The notes under the pieces: generated by a model
What the model saw: the letters and a program-made list of their open reading frames with translations, nothing else
What the model was told of the DNA's origin: nothing
Databases searched by the model: none
Part shown: piece by piece, positions 50,935 to 64,000 of the stretch
Numbering within the stretch: the stretch's first letter is position 1
Layout of the letters: each line of letters starts with the position of its first letter
Source: Eledone cirrhosa
Taxonomy: Eukaryota
Assembly (NCBI GenBank): GCA_964016885.1
Contig: OZ024743.1
Coordinates: 266,290,001 to 266,354,000, forward strand
DNA length: 64,000 nucleotides
Direction: 5' to 3'
Position numbers and translations under genes: made by a program

Positions 50935-50935
<1 letters not shown>

Positions 50936-51500
50936 TTTCTACCTTAATATATAATGCATTATTTCTTAACATGTCACATATTTTGTGCTGGCTGGGGGAC
51001 ATATTTTGATTAGAGGGATGTTGAAGTGTCATTTGTCGATCTTGAACTTGAACTTAAGATATAAAAGTTAATGATCATTTTTAGCAATTTATATATGTAT
51101 ATATTAGATTTCATCACTTTAACATTTCTGTCAGACCAGTACCAGTAAAATTTTATATTTCAGTCCGATGTCTCACTTTTTTTTTCTCACATTGTAGTGT
51201 GTCACACACATTTATTTCATTTCTTTTTAATTCATATCACTACATTGTAGTCCGGAACACTATCGTTATATCTATACAGTTTTGACTGGCCATTTATACT
51301 TTTATAAACTTATACTTTAGACCAAAACATCGCCATTACTGTCACTCCAACATGTTTATATCTCTACATTTCGTGCATTACATATAACATATTCATTAGT
51401 TTACTTAATTCCATACAACCTTAACTCATGAGGAAGTCGTAAAGACACTGTCTGATAAACGACATATATTGGGTATTTGTTTGAATAGCAGACCAAATGT

Positions 51501-51600
51501 GAAGAAGAAGAAGAAGAAGAAGAAGAAGAAGAAGAAGAAGAAGAAGAAGAAGAAGAAGAAGAAGAAGAAGAAGAAGAAGAAGAAGAAGAAGAAGAAGAAG

Positions 51601-51630
<30 letters not shown>
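51501..51630. repeat. Pure (GAA)n microsatellite
   Basis: Direct reading. Confidence 0.97.
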
Positions 51631-51631
<1 letters not shown>

Positions 51632-52312
51632 GAGATGATGGCAAGTTTGCACAATGTGATACTTCGCTACTAGTAGATGCCCCAGACAAGATGGTGCCCC
51701 TGCAATTCCAAAAGGAAATACCGATACAAAGTAAGCAATTGGTGCTGTTTGAGAAAACAATTGGCTTCTCTTTTTAGCAGGGTTTCTTGTTGGTTTGTTA
51801 GAGTCAATGGAAGTTTTCTAGAAAAGAGACTTCGTAACTCAATAAAATTATGACATCACTGAAATGTTTCTTCTATGTTATAATGATATAATTCTCTCCA
51901 TTATACAATTTGACTGTCTGTTTAAAAGGTTTCGCAAGAATGTTGTCTGAGGAAAGTGATTGAAGCAAAGGAAGAAATTACATATATATTTGGAAATCGA
52001 TTCCACGCGAATGATATGAGTAAACTTATGTAAACGTAGAGTAGAAAATGACGTTAGCAGGAAAAGTATTTCAACGGATTAATAATTTAAATATATACCA
52101 TAAAGTAGAGGAAATGTAGATATCGGTGAAACAAGACTGAAATTTCAATGTTGACTTCTCTTAAGAAATACGATGCCGCTTTATAAATCTTAATATGTGG
52201 AAGAAGTTATTTCGACCGATTATTTCTCAAAATATTTTACCAAGTGGAGAATTAAAATTAGACCCGTTGTTACGATAAACACTCTCTAACGCAAACGCAC
52301 TCACATTCACAA

Positions 52313-52379
<67 letters not shown>

Positions 52380-52395
52380 AATATATGTATATATA

Positions 52396-53865
<1,470 letters not shown>

Positions 53866-54308
53866 TATATAATAACTTGTGTGTTACACCTCTATTCTTT
53901 TAACTATGTATATATATATATATTTATAAATATATGTATATGTATATATATATATATGTATATATATCCATATATCTATATATCTATATATATATATATC
54001 TATATATCTATCTATATATATATATATATATCATTTTGTCGTTTTGGTAACAGAATCAGGTAGTAATGAGAGAGATGTTAGAGGAAATGTAGAATGAGAC
54101 TATAGGGTGTAGAGGAACGTAGGAAAGAGTGTAAAAATAACACGAGATAGAGTTGCCTTCGGAGTGATTTAATTGTCCCTATATTTTGCAGAGAGGCAAT
54201 GTTTTTAGTCGGAGAGGGACAACACGTGGCCTCTGTTGTCTATCATGTGATAGATGTTTAAAAAGAGGTCTGTCCCTCTTCTATGAGCTCCTTTGATCAT
54301 ATACTTTA

Positions 54309-54387
<79 letters not shown>

Positions 54388-54589
54388 TATACAATAGTAT
54401 TATATATATAGATATATAATACATATGAATGAATTCTGTACAAATCAAGTTTGATTGGAAAGTAATAATGAGTATTTGAAAAAGAGTCGGGCCATATTGT
54501 CGGACCTTGTGCTGATCAATAGCGAAACGCGCATCACTACTCTCTAAACGTAATGGAGGCACAACAGTTCGTCATGTTACTATTATATA

Positions 54590-55153
54590 TATATAAATTA
54601 ATATATATGATGAAACACAAATACCAACATATCTGTGTTTATATTGTAAAAGAAATTAAGTTAGCTAGAATGAAATATACTAATTATAATATTACAGCTT
54701 GCCTATATCGATTTAAAATAATAAATCAACAAAAACAAACAGTATTGGCAAATGGCCATGGTGTTTAGACAAATTTAAATTTCAAAATCAAACCTGTTCC
54801 GTAGATAAGTTTAAACTTTAAAATCCAAATATGTTTCGAGATAAATAAGTGTAAGGATATCTTGTCCAGCTCTCCTCAGTAAACACCCAGAACAAATTGA
54901 TATGCTTCACTTCTAAATATTTTAAAAGTTGGATTTTAAAGTTTAAACTTATCTACGGAACAGGTTTGATTTTGAAATTTAAATTTGTTTAAACACCATG
55001 GCCATTTGTTTTTTTTAATTTATTATTTTAAATCGATATAGGCAAGCTGTAATATTATAATTAGTATATTTCATTCTAGCTAACTTAATTTATTTTACAA
55101 TATAAACACAGATATGTTGGTATTTGTGTTTCATCATATATATTAATTTATAT
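54590..55153. repeat. Palindrome with ~230-bp arms and ~100-nt spacer
   Basis: GATGAAACACAAATACCAAC..TTTAAAATCCAA pairs with TTGGATTTTAAA..GTTGGTATTTGTGTTTCATC. Confidence 0.9.
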
Positions 55154-55232
55154 TTATTACACGGCTCAGAAAAATTTTTTTCTTTGAGCTATTTCATTGT
55201 AAAGGAATGCTTGAGTTTTGAACTCAATACAC

Positions 55233-55342
<110 letters not shown>

Positions 55343-55659
55343 TTATTATTATGTAATAAACAACATAAGGCAATTATTCCATTTACCAGTGGTTTCTTAA
55401 AAGCAAAAGGTTTTGCTTTCAATCCTCAGAATGAAAAATCCTGGTTTGTTTATTGAATATGGATTCTAAAAACGAAAATGCAATCTATATGAAAGTGAGG
55501 CTGGAAAAGGGAGAAGGAAAGGAAAAATAAAATAAAATAAAACTACACATGCAAACACACACAAAAAAACCCAAAAGCATACTTACACACACACACATAT
55601 ATACACATATAATTTGCACGCATACACATATACACATACACATACATATACACATATAT

Positions 55660-55698
<39 letters not shown>

Positions 55699-55799
55699 CA
55701 CATACATACACATATATATATATAAAGAGCGTACACCTACACACACATACACATATATATACACATATATATACATACATATATTCATACATACACACG

Positions 55800-55835
<36 letters not shown>

Positions 55836-55857
55836 TATATATACACATGTACATATC

Positions 55858-55901
<44 letters not shown>

Positions 55902-55924
55902 CATATACACACATATACACATAT

Positions 55925-55964
<40 letters not shown>

Positions 55965-56245
55965 GTGTCTACAAGCCTACACATACACACACACATATAT
56001 ATACACACACATATACATACATTCACACAAACATACAACGTACATACATACACATACATGAATGCACTCCACTACATATTAACACACGCAAATAAATATA
56101 AGAAAAAAATATATAAATAATATTAACAAATATTTGACAGCGATACATGCCCCAGCTAACAGGACAGACACGCGTGGTAAGTAATACTGTTGCTTACATA
56201 GAGCACTCTTTTTTCCTGGACTTTTCCGATGGAATTACTTCATTT

Positions 56246-56280
<35 letters not shown>

Positions 56281-56282
<2 letters not shown>

Positions 56283-57187
56283 GTAGAAATAAACTCAGAA
56301 AATTCAGTGTCTAAAATTACGAGAGTAGATATACCTTTGTGGTATATCTACCCTCGTAATTTTAGGCACTGAATTCACAGTGTTTATTTCTACATGTATT
56401 ATTATTATTATAATTGTTTCTACTATTGGCACAAGGCCAGACATTATTACTGGTACTTTATTTTATCGGCCACGTAAGAATGGCAAGGGCCGTAACTCTA
56501 TGCGTCAAAGCATGGCGTCCGACCCTCTACCGATACTGCCAATACAATAATGCTCAGTATTTATAATTTGAGCTTGTTAATTACAGGGTATCAATATGAG
56601 TTAGTAACTCTGTATTTTATTTGTATTTCGGCTCCCTAACTAGGTGAGCTTATAAGTTGAGGGTAATAAAGCTATTATTTCTAACACAACCACTCATACC
56701 ACGTATAGCTTATAACCCACGAGGTGTATTTTACGCCTGTGAGTTCTTGTTAGAGGTGTTTTGTTTCATCAGATCTTATCTCTCGCTGAGGAAAGCCTAC
56801 GGATTATCTGTTACAAACAAAATTTTCAGGGCGAAACAGATTAAATTTCTAATCTGTCCGAGAGATGAAATGGTTATTGATACGGTCTGTATAAATTCAA
56901 TATTTTATTGTATGATTCAGATCAAATATATAAAACATTTGTGGTACATCTAGCCTCGTAATTTCAGACATTGAATTCTCTATGTTTATTTCTACATATA
57001 TTATTATTATAATTGTTTCTACGTTAGGCACAATGCCAGCAATTACCCAGTGCATTACTGGTACTTTATTTTATCGACCCCGAAAGGATGAAAGGCAAAG
57101 TTAACCTCAGTATTACTGCTCAGTATTTATACTTTGACCTTGTTAATTACAGGGTATCAATATGAGTTAATAACTCAGTATTTTATT

Positions 57188-57192
<5 letters not shown>
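56281..57192 (+). mobile_element. Hammerhead-containing unit: 5' hairpin plus direct repeats (56336-56626 / 56938-57192), each with an antisense SINE remnant
   Basis: Hairpin at 56281-56395; TTTGTGGTA(T/C)ATCTA..CTCGTAATTT repeats with ~602-bp period; ends at (TA)n. Confidence 0.7.
56778..56866 (+). ncRNA. Type I hammerhead ribozyme with full stem III; predicted cleavage after GUC at 56858
   Basis: Stem I ATCTCTCG/CGAGAGAT, CTGAGGA(AA), stem II GCC/GGC, GAAA, stem III CAGATTA/TAATCTG, then TC. Confidence 0.8.
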
Positions 57193-57229
<37 letters not shown>

Positions 57230-57233
<4 letters not shown>

Positions 57234-57475
57234 ATCAAAAGATGATTAAAAGAGTTCCAAGTATTTTATTATGCGCATTTCAAAAACAAATATCATCATG
57301 GGATGGTATCTGCGTTTTCATCAGATGAAATAGGGATACATGATATGAAGCTTAAAAAACACTTGTGAATAGTAAAGTTTTAAATCAACATATGAAAAAT
57401 AATTTTAGATTGATGTATGAGTTTGGGAAAAAGTGAGGGGGGGGGGGGGGAGGTAAAGAGGAGGAGGAGATGAGA
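57230..57475 (-). mobile_element. Solo 3' terminus of the Penelope-like family at 29-33 kb
   Basis: Matches ~29237-29480; directly abuts (TA)n. Confidence 0.85.
57262..57332 (-). ncRNA. Minimal type I hammerhead ribozyme motif, intact core
   Basis: Reverse complement reads TATTTCAT-CTGATGA-AAACGCAGATACCAT..ATGATATTTGTTTTT-GAAA-TGCGCA-TA-ATAAAATA. Confidence 0.78.
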
Positions 57476-58759
57476 TCAGGTCTCGGAATGTCTTTAGTTG
57501 AAGATGTTGTGATGTACATATATATATATATATATCATCTATAGGAATAGATATCTACCTGTTATATTCAGGTTATTATTAGGTTCAGGAATTCTACTTA
57601 ATTAAATTTTATCTCTAATAACGGTAATTTAACATTGTAACATATCAATATAATCAATTATATTACCTAAGGATATAACCCTTATACCTATGATCATTTA
57701 TATCAAGGTAAGTATTGGGTTTATGAGCTGTATTTAATTTAATCTAATTGAACTTTACTCCTAATATCTATCAGTCACTTGATTAGATATACTAACAGAA
57801 TCATAATGGAATCAAACTAGCATACTATAATTTATATTGAAATTGATTTGCAGAATAACTTACCGTGAGTTATCAAGGACGAATGTTCACCTGGATACAG
57901 ATAAATTTAACTAACAAGGGAATTAACACAATGCAACAATAATTCCATAGTCTTCTCTAAATATCACTGCGGAGATATCATTTCTAAATATTATATAAAT
58001 TAAACTGATTATGAATGCAACTTGACTTAGATTAGGCTCCACAGGTTCAGTGATTCCACAATTTGATGAAATTTGCAACTACTTAATGACATTAAATAAT
58101 TAAATGTTATTATTTTTGTAGATTGATTTGAAGGTATTCCCTTCTGTTGATCTCTAATTTCGAGTGAAAGGAGTGTTTGTTCGTTGAGAAATAAATCAAA
58201 TTAAAAAACATGACATAAAGAAATAACATAATTACGCACACACACTGACCTTTCAATACATGCCATCCGGTAACCAAATAACTTGATATAATTGTCTTTC
58301 CTTACACATTCATACACCCCCAACCGTATTGAAACGTTTAAAAACATCTCATGTTTAACCGCTGTATCCGGTCAGAATTCTCTCACCTCTTTCTGTTCAC
58401 ACCAGCTGTAACCGGCCGATCATATCAATGTTAAAGTATTGTTCTCAAAAAAATGATAACAAAATCTGATAGATTCGATAATTGTGTAAGATAAAGTCTT
58501 TACCACGAAAATACAATAGTATATATAGTGTAATGTAAATACCAATGTGTTACAAGCAGATTAAATACTTCCGCATTACTCACATTTTAATTCTACTTAA
58601 CTCCAATTTTCAAACTCTCTCAGGCCAAGGACTATTTCTGCATTCTCACTGATACCTTTTTCTAAAGTGTTGTCAACCACATAGATTCCGTCTCTTTCTT
58701 GTTTTCTTTTTCTTTTATTTTCGTCCTTTATTTTCTCTCCGTGAAAAATTAACTTCACC

Positions 58760-59148
58760 TCAACCACACCAAACTCTCTCTATTCTACTTCCAATTTCTC
58801 CGTCTTCATCGGCTCAGCAACCATGACCATGATTTGGGATCCAGTCTCAACTCATGGCTTCTTTATTCAACCAGCCTGGGTATCCTTCCACTATGATACA
58901 AGCTGCCCTGACACGCGCCCGTGATACTGACCACACCACAGCTCTCAGCAAATCGACACCCAACACATCAGCTCTCCATCCCCCCTCACCTACAAACCGT
59001 CAACCTTACCACATTGTCACTGCATCCTTCATTGTTTCCGAACCCTAATTCTGACCCCGTAACTACTCAATGTTTCCCAAACCCACACATATCATCCTTT
59101 AAGCGCGACGGCAAACTCCGTGACCTTTTTGTGCACAGTTCTTCTTGA
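58760..59148 (+). pseudogene. Penelope-like RT thumb/linker fragment
   Basis: SQFLRLHRLS, MASLFNQPGYPSTMIQAALTRA, FPNPHISSFKRDGKLRDLFVHS. Confidence 0.7.
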
Positions 59149-59149
59149 A

Positions 59150-59760
59150 GGGTGAAGCAACTCCCCAAGAAGAATAGTGCCCGGGGAGCGTCAATGAGAC
59201 GCATCCTCTCTATTATCCTCAAAATGTCATGGTGCTTGGGCTCCAAGCATTCTCGAATGGCTTTCGAGAGAATTGAAGAACCGAGGAATGCAAGCAACAT
59301 CATTGGGTATTAACCGAGCTCCAAACAAAATGGGATAGATGGTGAGCATGGCGTCGTGGAATTCGGTTTCACCCTAGCTAACGTTTATCACCTCTGACTT
59401 TAGAGCTGGGAAGATTAAACAAAGGACCCCAACTACCGATTCATTCAACCACCGAAGTTCACGTCCTCGGGTACCTGACGTTAAAGGGAAATGCCGTCCA
59501 TTGCTAGCGTAAATAGTAGGGGACATGTGCGGCTTCTCCTTGCTCGACACCCGTAACGGAAATGCATTGTTACCAGCGGACATGTGTATGCTATAGTCTT
59601 TGAAGGTCTCTGCTGTGGCCGGATCGCAAGCTGTCCACCCAAACACTGCAGCTCCCTGGGAAACAACACAGGGCAGCTAAAACCTCCTCACTTGACGCAG
59701 CCAAGGAAATGTTACTAGCCGGGGCTTGGATGTTCCCTGTTGTCGGCAGGGAGTCCGGAT
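59150..59760 (-). pseudogene. Degenerate CRE-like RT fragment
   Basis: EEVLAALCCFPGSCSVWVDSLRSGH, GVEQGE, CPLLFTLAMD, LKSEVI, FLGSSIL..ALFFLGSCF. Confidence 0.55.
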
Positions 59761-60026
59761 GTTTAGGAGGTTAGAAGATATTAACAGCTAATTAACTCCG
59801 CAGAGGACTTGCTCGATGGTCCACTGATTCCGCTAATTCACCAGTCTTATAATTATTATTTCTTATATTGGCCATATTCAGCAATTTGAGAGAAGTCGAA
59901 ATTTGATGTTACCTCACCAGCACATAAAGAGTACATAATTTTACGGTCAAGAAATGATAAAAAGCAAATAGAATTATTAATGATAATCATAACGATAATA
60001 ATAATAACAACGACACCATGTAATAA

Positions 60027-60165
60027 TTGTTTCTACGTTAGGCACAAGTCCAGCAATTACTCAGTGCATTACTGGTACTTTATTTTATCGACCCCGTAAG
60101 GATGAAAGGCAAAGTTAACCCTGGCGGGATTTGACTCAGAATGGCAAGGGCCGTAACTCTATACA
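60027..60165 (-). mobile_element. 5'-truncated SINE family 1
   Basis: Core and tail in reverse complement. Confidence 0.85.
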
Positions 60166-60458
60166 TGGTTGGTATGCTATCATGAAGGTATTGCTGGAAA
60201 ATAGTAAGCCAAAACATAATATAACATACATATCTAACTAGATTACACATGCGCACACAGATGTATATACATACATACATACACAGACACACAGGAACTC
60301 ACTCACACACACACATATATATACACACACACACATACACACGCATATATATATATATGTATATATATGTAGAGGTTATATTTAATGTGTTGGGATACAA
60401 CAAGCAAAATATATTTATAACTGATATAAAGCACTCAACAAATTAATTGGAGTAAATA

Positions 60459-60820
60459 TACAATATATTAACAAATGGAAACTATATTTATAAAACCATA
60501 TTTATTTCATTATACATATTTCAAGGGCCACCTAGGCAGATTACGGTGCGCGTTCATCAGATAAAATATAATATAGATTAGTTTTATAAATAAATATTGA
60601 CATACCCTGAAAAATGCAACCATCACGGTTGGAGTCTCCTGGAGACTCCAACCGTGATGGTTGCATTTTTCAGGGTATGTCAATATTTATTTATAAAACT
60701 AATCTATATTATATTTTATCTGATGAACGCGCACCGTAATCTGCCTAGGTGGCCCTTGAAATATGTATAATGAAATAAATATGGTTTTATAAATATAGTT
60801 TCCATTGTTAATATATTGTA
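60459..60820. repeat. Essentially perfect 360-bp palindrome centred on 60640
   Basis: ..CACGGTTGGAGTCTCC-T-GGAGACTCCAACCGTG..; arms match out to the ends. Confidence 0.95.
60712..60777 (+). ncRNA. Type I hammerhead motif (mirror copy on the minus strand at 60503-60568)
   Basis: TATTTTAT-CTGATGA-ACGCGCACC..GGTGGCCCTT-GAAA-TATGTA-TA-ATGAAATA. Confidence 0.7.
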
Positions 60821-60905
60821 TTATGTATATATATAAATATATATTAGAAAGTGAGGGTTTTTTACAAAATGAAATATAACCGAGGTGTCCTACACGAGTG
60901 AATGT

Positions 60906-61136
60906 ATAAGGAAAAAATATGAAATCGAAAATGCAACTGGAGTCTTATTTTAAAATATATATATTTTTTTTAAAATAAGACTCCAGTTGCATTTTCGATT
61001 TCATCTTTTTTCCTTGTATATATATATTAATATAGAAATGGCTTCTACAGGACTAGAACTGTTTCATTCGTGAGAAATCATCATTGGGCTTCCGAATGAA
61101 AGAGTTCTAGTCCTGTAGAAGGCATTTCTATATTAA
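60906..61136. repeat. Two adjacent ~110-bp hairpins (60906-61019 and 61027-61136)
   Basis: GAAATCGAAAATGCAACTGGAGTCTTATTTT and TTAATATAGAAATG.CTTCTACAGGACTAGAAC are each followed by their reverse complement. Confidence 0.9.
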
Positions 61137-61289
61137 ATATTTATACTCTGCTTTGTATTGAGTACCTTATTATTGTGGTTACTCCTGATTGAACCCGGGA
61201 TAAACTGATCTTACAAGATAAATTTATTCACAAGATGGACGATAATACCGCTAGAAATAAGCCGTGTTTCTTGTACGATATATGGGGCT

Positions 61290-62003
61290 TTCTGTCTCTA
61301 TAAACATATATCTTTTATTTTGGTTATTATTTTGGTTATTAAGGCTCTAGATAAAGTCTATTGATCGTACGTATTGAGAAACACAACATTTTAAACATAC
61401 TTTATATGTTTTGATTCATTATCTGTATTTGATGGCTCCAAACTTCTTAACATGTTGAGCTCGGTGGCTATAATCACCATTCCTATTTCTAGCGGTATAA
61501 TCGTCCACCTTGTGGATATCTATTCGCCATAGGTTTAACGTCATTACTCCATGTTCTCTCAGCATGGTGGTGGCGTTGGACTTAGCTGTGGATATTATCA
61601 GGCATATTGATTTATTTACCATCTTCATTCTATATTTCCCTTAGAATGGCGAGACTAAACCTCTGAAGAGCATCTGAGTCTCATATGGTTTAATCATAAT
61701 CGACAGTTTGTCTTCGATGATCGAATATACTATTTGATTTTGTTTCTTTCTTTCGATGATCGATTACATATATCGATTTTTATTCATACTCTCCACGTAT
61801 GAAACAGCGCTATAGAATATGTATTTGGTATACGCATAATTTGGTATATATATAATGCACCGCGTTTTTTTACCATATATGGCCCTTTCTCTCTATATAT
61901 AAACATATATCTTCTAATTTGGTTATTATGGCCCTAAATGAAGTCTATTGAGCTTACTTATTGAGAAACACAAAATTCTAAACATATCTTATGTTTTGAT
62001 TCA
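61290..62003. repeat. Diverged ~125-bp direct repeats (61290-61417 / 61885-62003)
   Basis: Shared TATAAACATATATCTT..AAGTCTATTGA..TATTGAGAAACACAA..ATGTTTTGATTCA. Confidence 0.75.
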
Positions 62004-62168
62004 GCATATATATATATATATATATATATATTTCCCAAGATCAGCATATATATATATATATATATATATATGTCCCAAATTCAGCATATATATATAGATA
62101 TATATGTCCCAAGGCTCTGATACCATCAACACTATAAACACAGAGCTGGCATATCTAAGAACTGACTA

Positions 62169-62224
62169 ACTGCCTGATGAGGTCATAGCCATTCAATGGT
62201 TATCATCGAAATATATATAGCAGT
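62169..62224 (+). ncRNA. Minimal type I hammerhead motif
   Basis: ACTGC-CTGATGA-GGTC-ATAGCCAT-TCA-ATGGTTAT-CATC-GAAA-TATATA-TA-GCAGT. Confidence 0.8.
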
Positions 62225-62265
62225 AAATAAAGAATCATGAGTTCATGCAATTGACTTATGTTTCG

Positions 62266-62333
<68 letters not shown>

Positions 62334-62817
62334 TATGGGATAACAAGTTATCGTTATAGGTAATCCAGTTAATGGTTGTGAGTACTCTGCGTCGTGGATA
62401 GTTTTAACGTACGGCTTTGTTTGACTCAACAAGATGCTTCCATAGTGATGCAGCGAGTTCGCGGTAATTCCTATGCAGGCTATACTTCGAGTAATAATAG
62501 TGAAAGAATGAAGAGTAACATGGTTGACTGTACAATAAGGGGCTTTATTTCAAGTACTGACAATAGCTTCATTGATCAGATGAGTCTAGAGGTCGCTAAT
62601 CGCTTGAAGTTGCGTCACTCGATCTCCAATACATTATTTTCCTCTGATCAACACATCACAGTACGCAATGAAACAATTGTCAGTACTTGAAATAAAGCCC
62701 CTTATTGTACAGCCAACAATGTTACTACTCGGCATTCTTTCACTATATATATATATATATATATATAGTGACGAAACATAAGTCAACTGCATGAACTCAT
62801 AATCCTATCCTTTATTT

Positions 62818-62873
62818 ACTGCTATATATATTTCGATGATAGCCATTGAATGGCTATGACCTCATCAGGCAGT
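62818..62873 (-). ncRNA. Minimal type I hammerhead motif (inverted copy)
   Basis: Reverse complement of the 62169-62224 motif, with perfect stem II ATAGCCAT/ATGGCTAT. Confidence 0.8.
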
Positions 62874-62925
62874 TAGTCAGTTCTTAGATATGCCAGCTCT
62901 GTGTTTATAGTGTATCAGAGCCTTG

Positions 62926-62996
<71 letters not shown>

Positions 62997-63420
62997 TATA
63001 TGCGTGTGTGTGCATGCGTTTGTGTAGCTGGGTGTGTATGCAAGTGTACGTGGTCGTGAGTACATGTATATATATTTACACAGACACACGCGCACGCACT
63101 TATATAACTATATATATAAAGACAGAGAGAGAATTAGCTGCAAAGGTATATTACGTACACGAATATATTTTCTATTAGAATATATATATAAAATAAGTAA
63201 TCTTGATGTTGATATTGAAAGTTTGGCAGGGGCACAATTTTTTCTCGATTGGGACATTTCCAATCAGTTTACGTTCTTCTACGATGCCAATTCACTGAAT
63301 ACAGACAATATAAATCCAACTTAACCAACGCAGTATGATGATATGTAAAATATTGTCGAAAATTACCACAACCGCTGGAGGCTTATGGAAAATATATATA
63401 TTCTGTTGAACATACAACGC

Positions 63421-63510
<90 letters not shown>

Positions 63511-64000
63511 TTATGTGTGAGAACGTGGGTTTGTGTGCCTATATAAATAGATATACACAGTGAGAGAGTGAGGTTAGAGTAGAAAGTAAATGTTTATATT
63601 CATACATATATGTGTGTATGTTTGCCCGCACGTGTTTGTGTGAGATCGTTTTGTAGTGCTTCTATTAACGTGTATTCCAGTAAAAAGTGATATATTGTCA
63701 AGATCGTCGATGAATAAAGCGGTAAATACACAAATTTGATGGAAAGAGAGATTTTTGGATCTCTGCTGGATGAAATATATGAGAAAAATTCATGAGTGTC
63801 AACGGGCATCCAATACTGGAGAAATATGCTTTCTTTATATATAAATATCTGTCTATTTATATGTTTATGTAAATACACTTGAAGGATCATACTCCTTAAT
63901 ATTGATGTGATGTTACTTATTCATCAATCCCACACACCTAGTTAAAAGTATGACTCGAAAACACTCAGGAATTTTACAGTAAATTTCTCTAAAAATTGTA

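Larger units (their letters stand above)
62105..62930. repeat. Nested inverted repeats: outer ~165-bp hammerhead-bearing arms (62105-62269 / 62768-62930) and inner arms (62499-62573 / 62667-62744)
   Basis: TGTCCCAAGGCTCTGATAC pairs with GTATCAGAGCCTTGGGACA; GTACAATAAGGGGCTTTATTTCAAGTACTGACAAT and its reverse complement. Confidence 0.9.

Noticed and set aside
51631-51735. Possible host exon ending at AAA|GTAAGC
   Set aside because: There is no acceptor pyrimidine tract (it is preceded by (GAA)n) and no recognisable peptide.
55485-56120. Long YI/HT/CV-repeat ORFs here and elsewhere in the track
   Set aside because: They are translations of (TA)n and (CA)n microsatellites.
61655-61820. CTGAAGA with a distant GAAAC as a hammerhead with a long stem II
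   Set aside because: No convincing stem I or stem II closure.

Overview
Eukaryotic, AT-rich, gene-free window made almost entirely of transposable elements and microsatellites. The SINE family suggests an invertebrate, plausibly an octopod cephalopod (inference only). No host exon could be supported. From the start: a 684-bp poly(A)-terminated tandem unit; a head-to-tail array of four R4/Dong-like RT+RLE retrotransposons joined by (TAA)n, the first with an intact ORF; three L1/Tx1-like LINEs, one full-length with intact ORF2; Penelope-like elements; RTE, CR1 and CRE fragments; a deleted mariner; a hAT-like transposon; and about 13 tRNA-derived SINE copies. The most striking unexplained structure is about a dozen foldback (inverted-repeat) units of 0.1-4 kb, usually bounded by (TA)n. 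Many carry type I hammerhead ribozyme motifs, and one canonical hammerhead lies inside a SINE-containing ~600-bp direct-repeat unit. The main SINE also shares its 3' end with the Tx1-like LINE. All alignments were done by eye, so boundaries are approximate.
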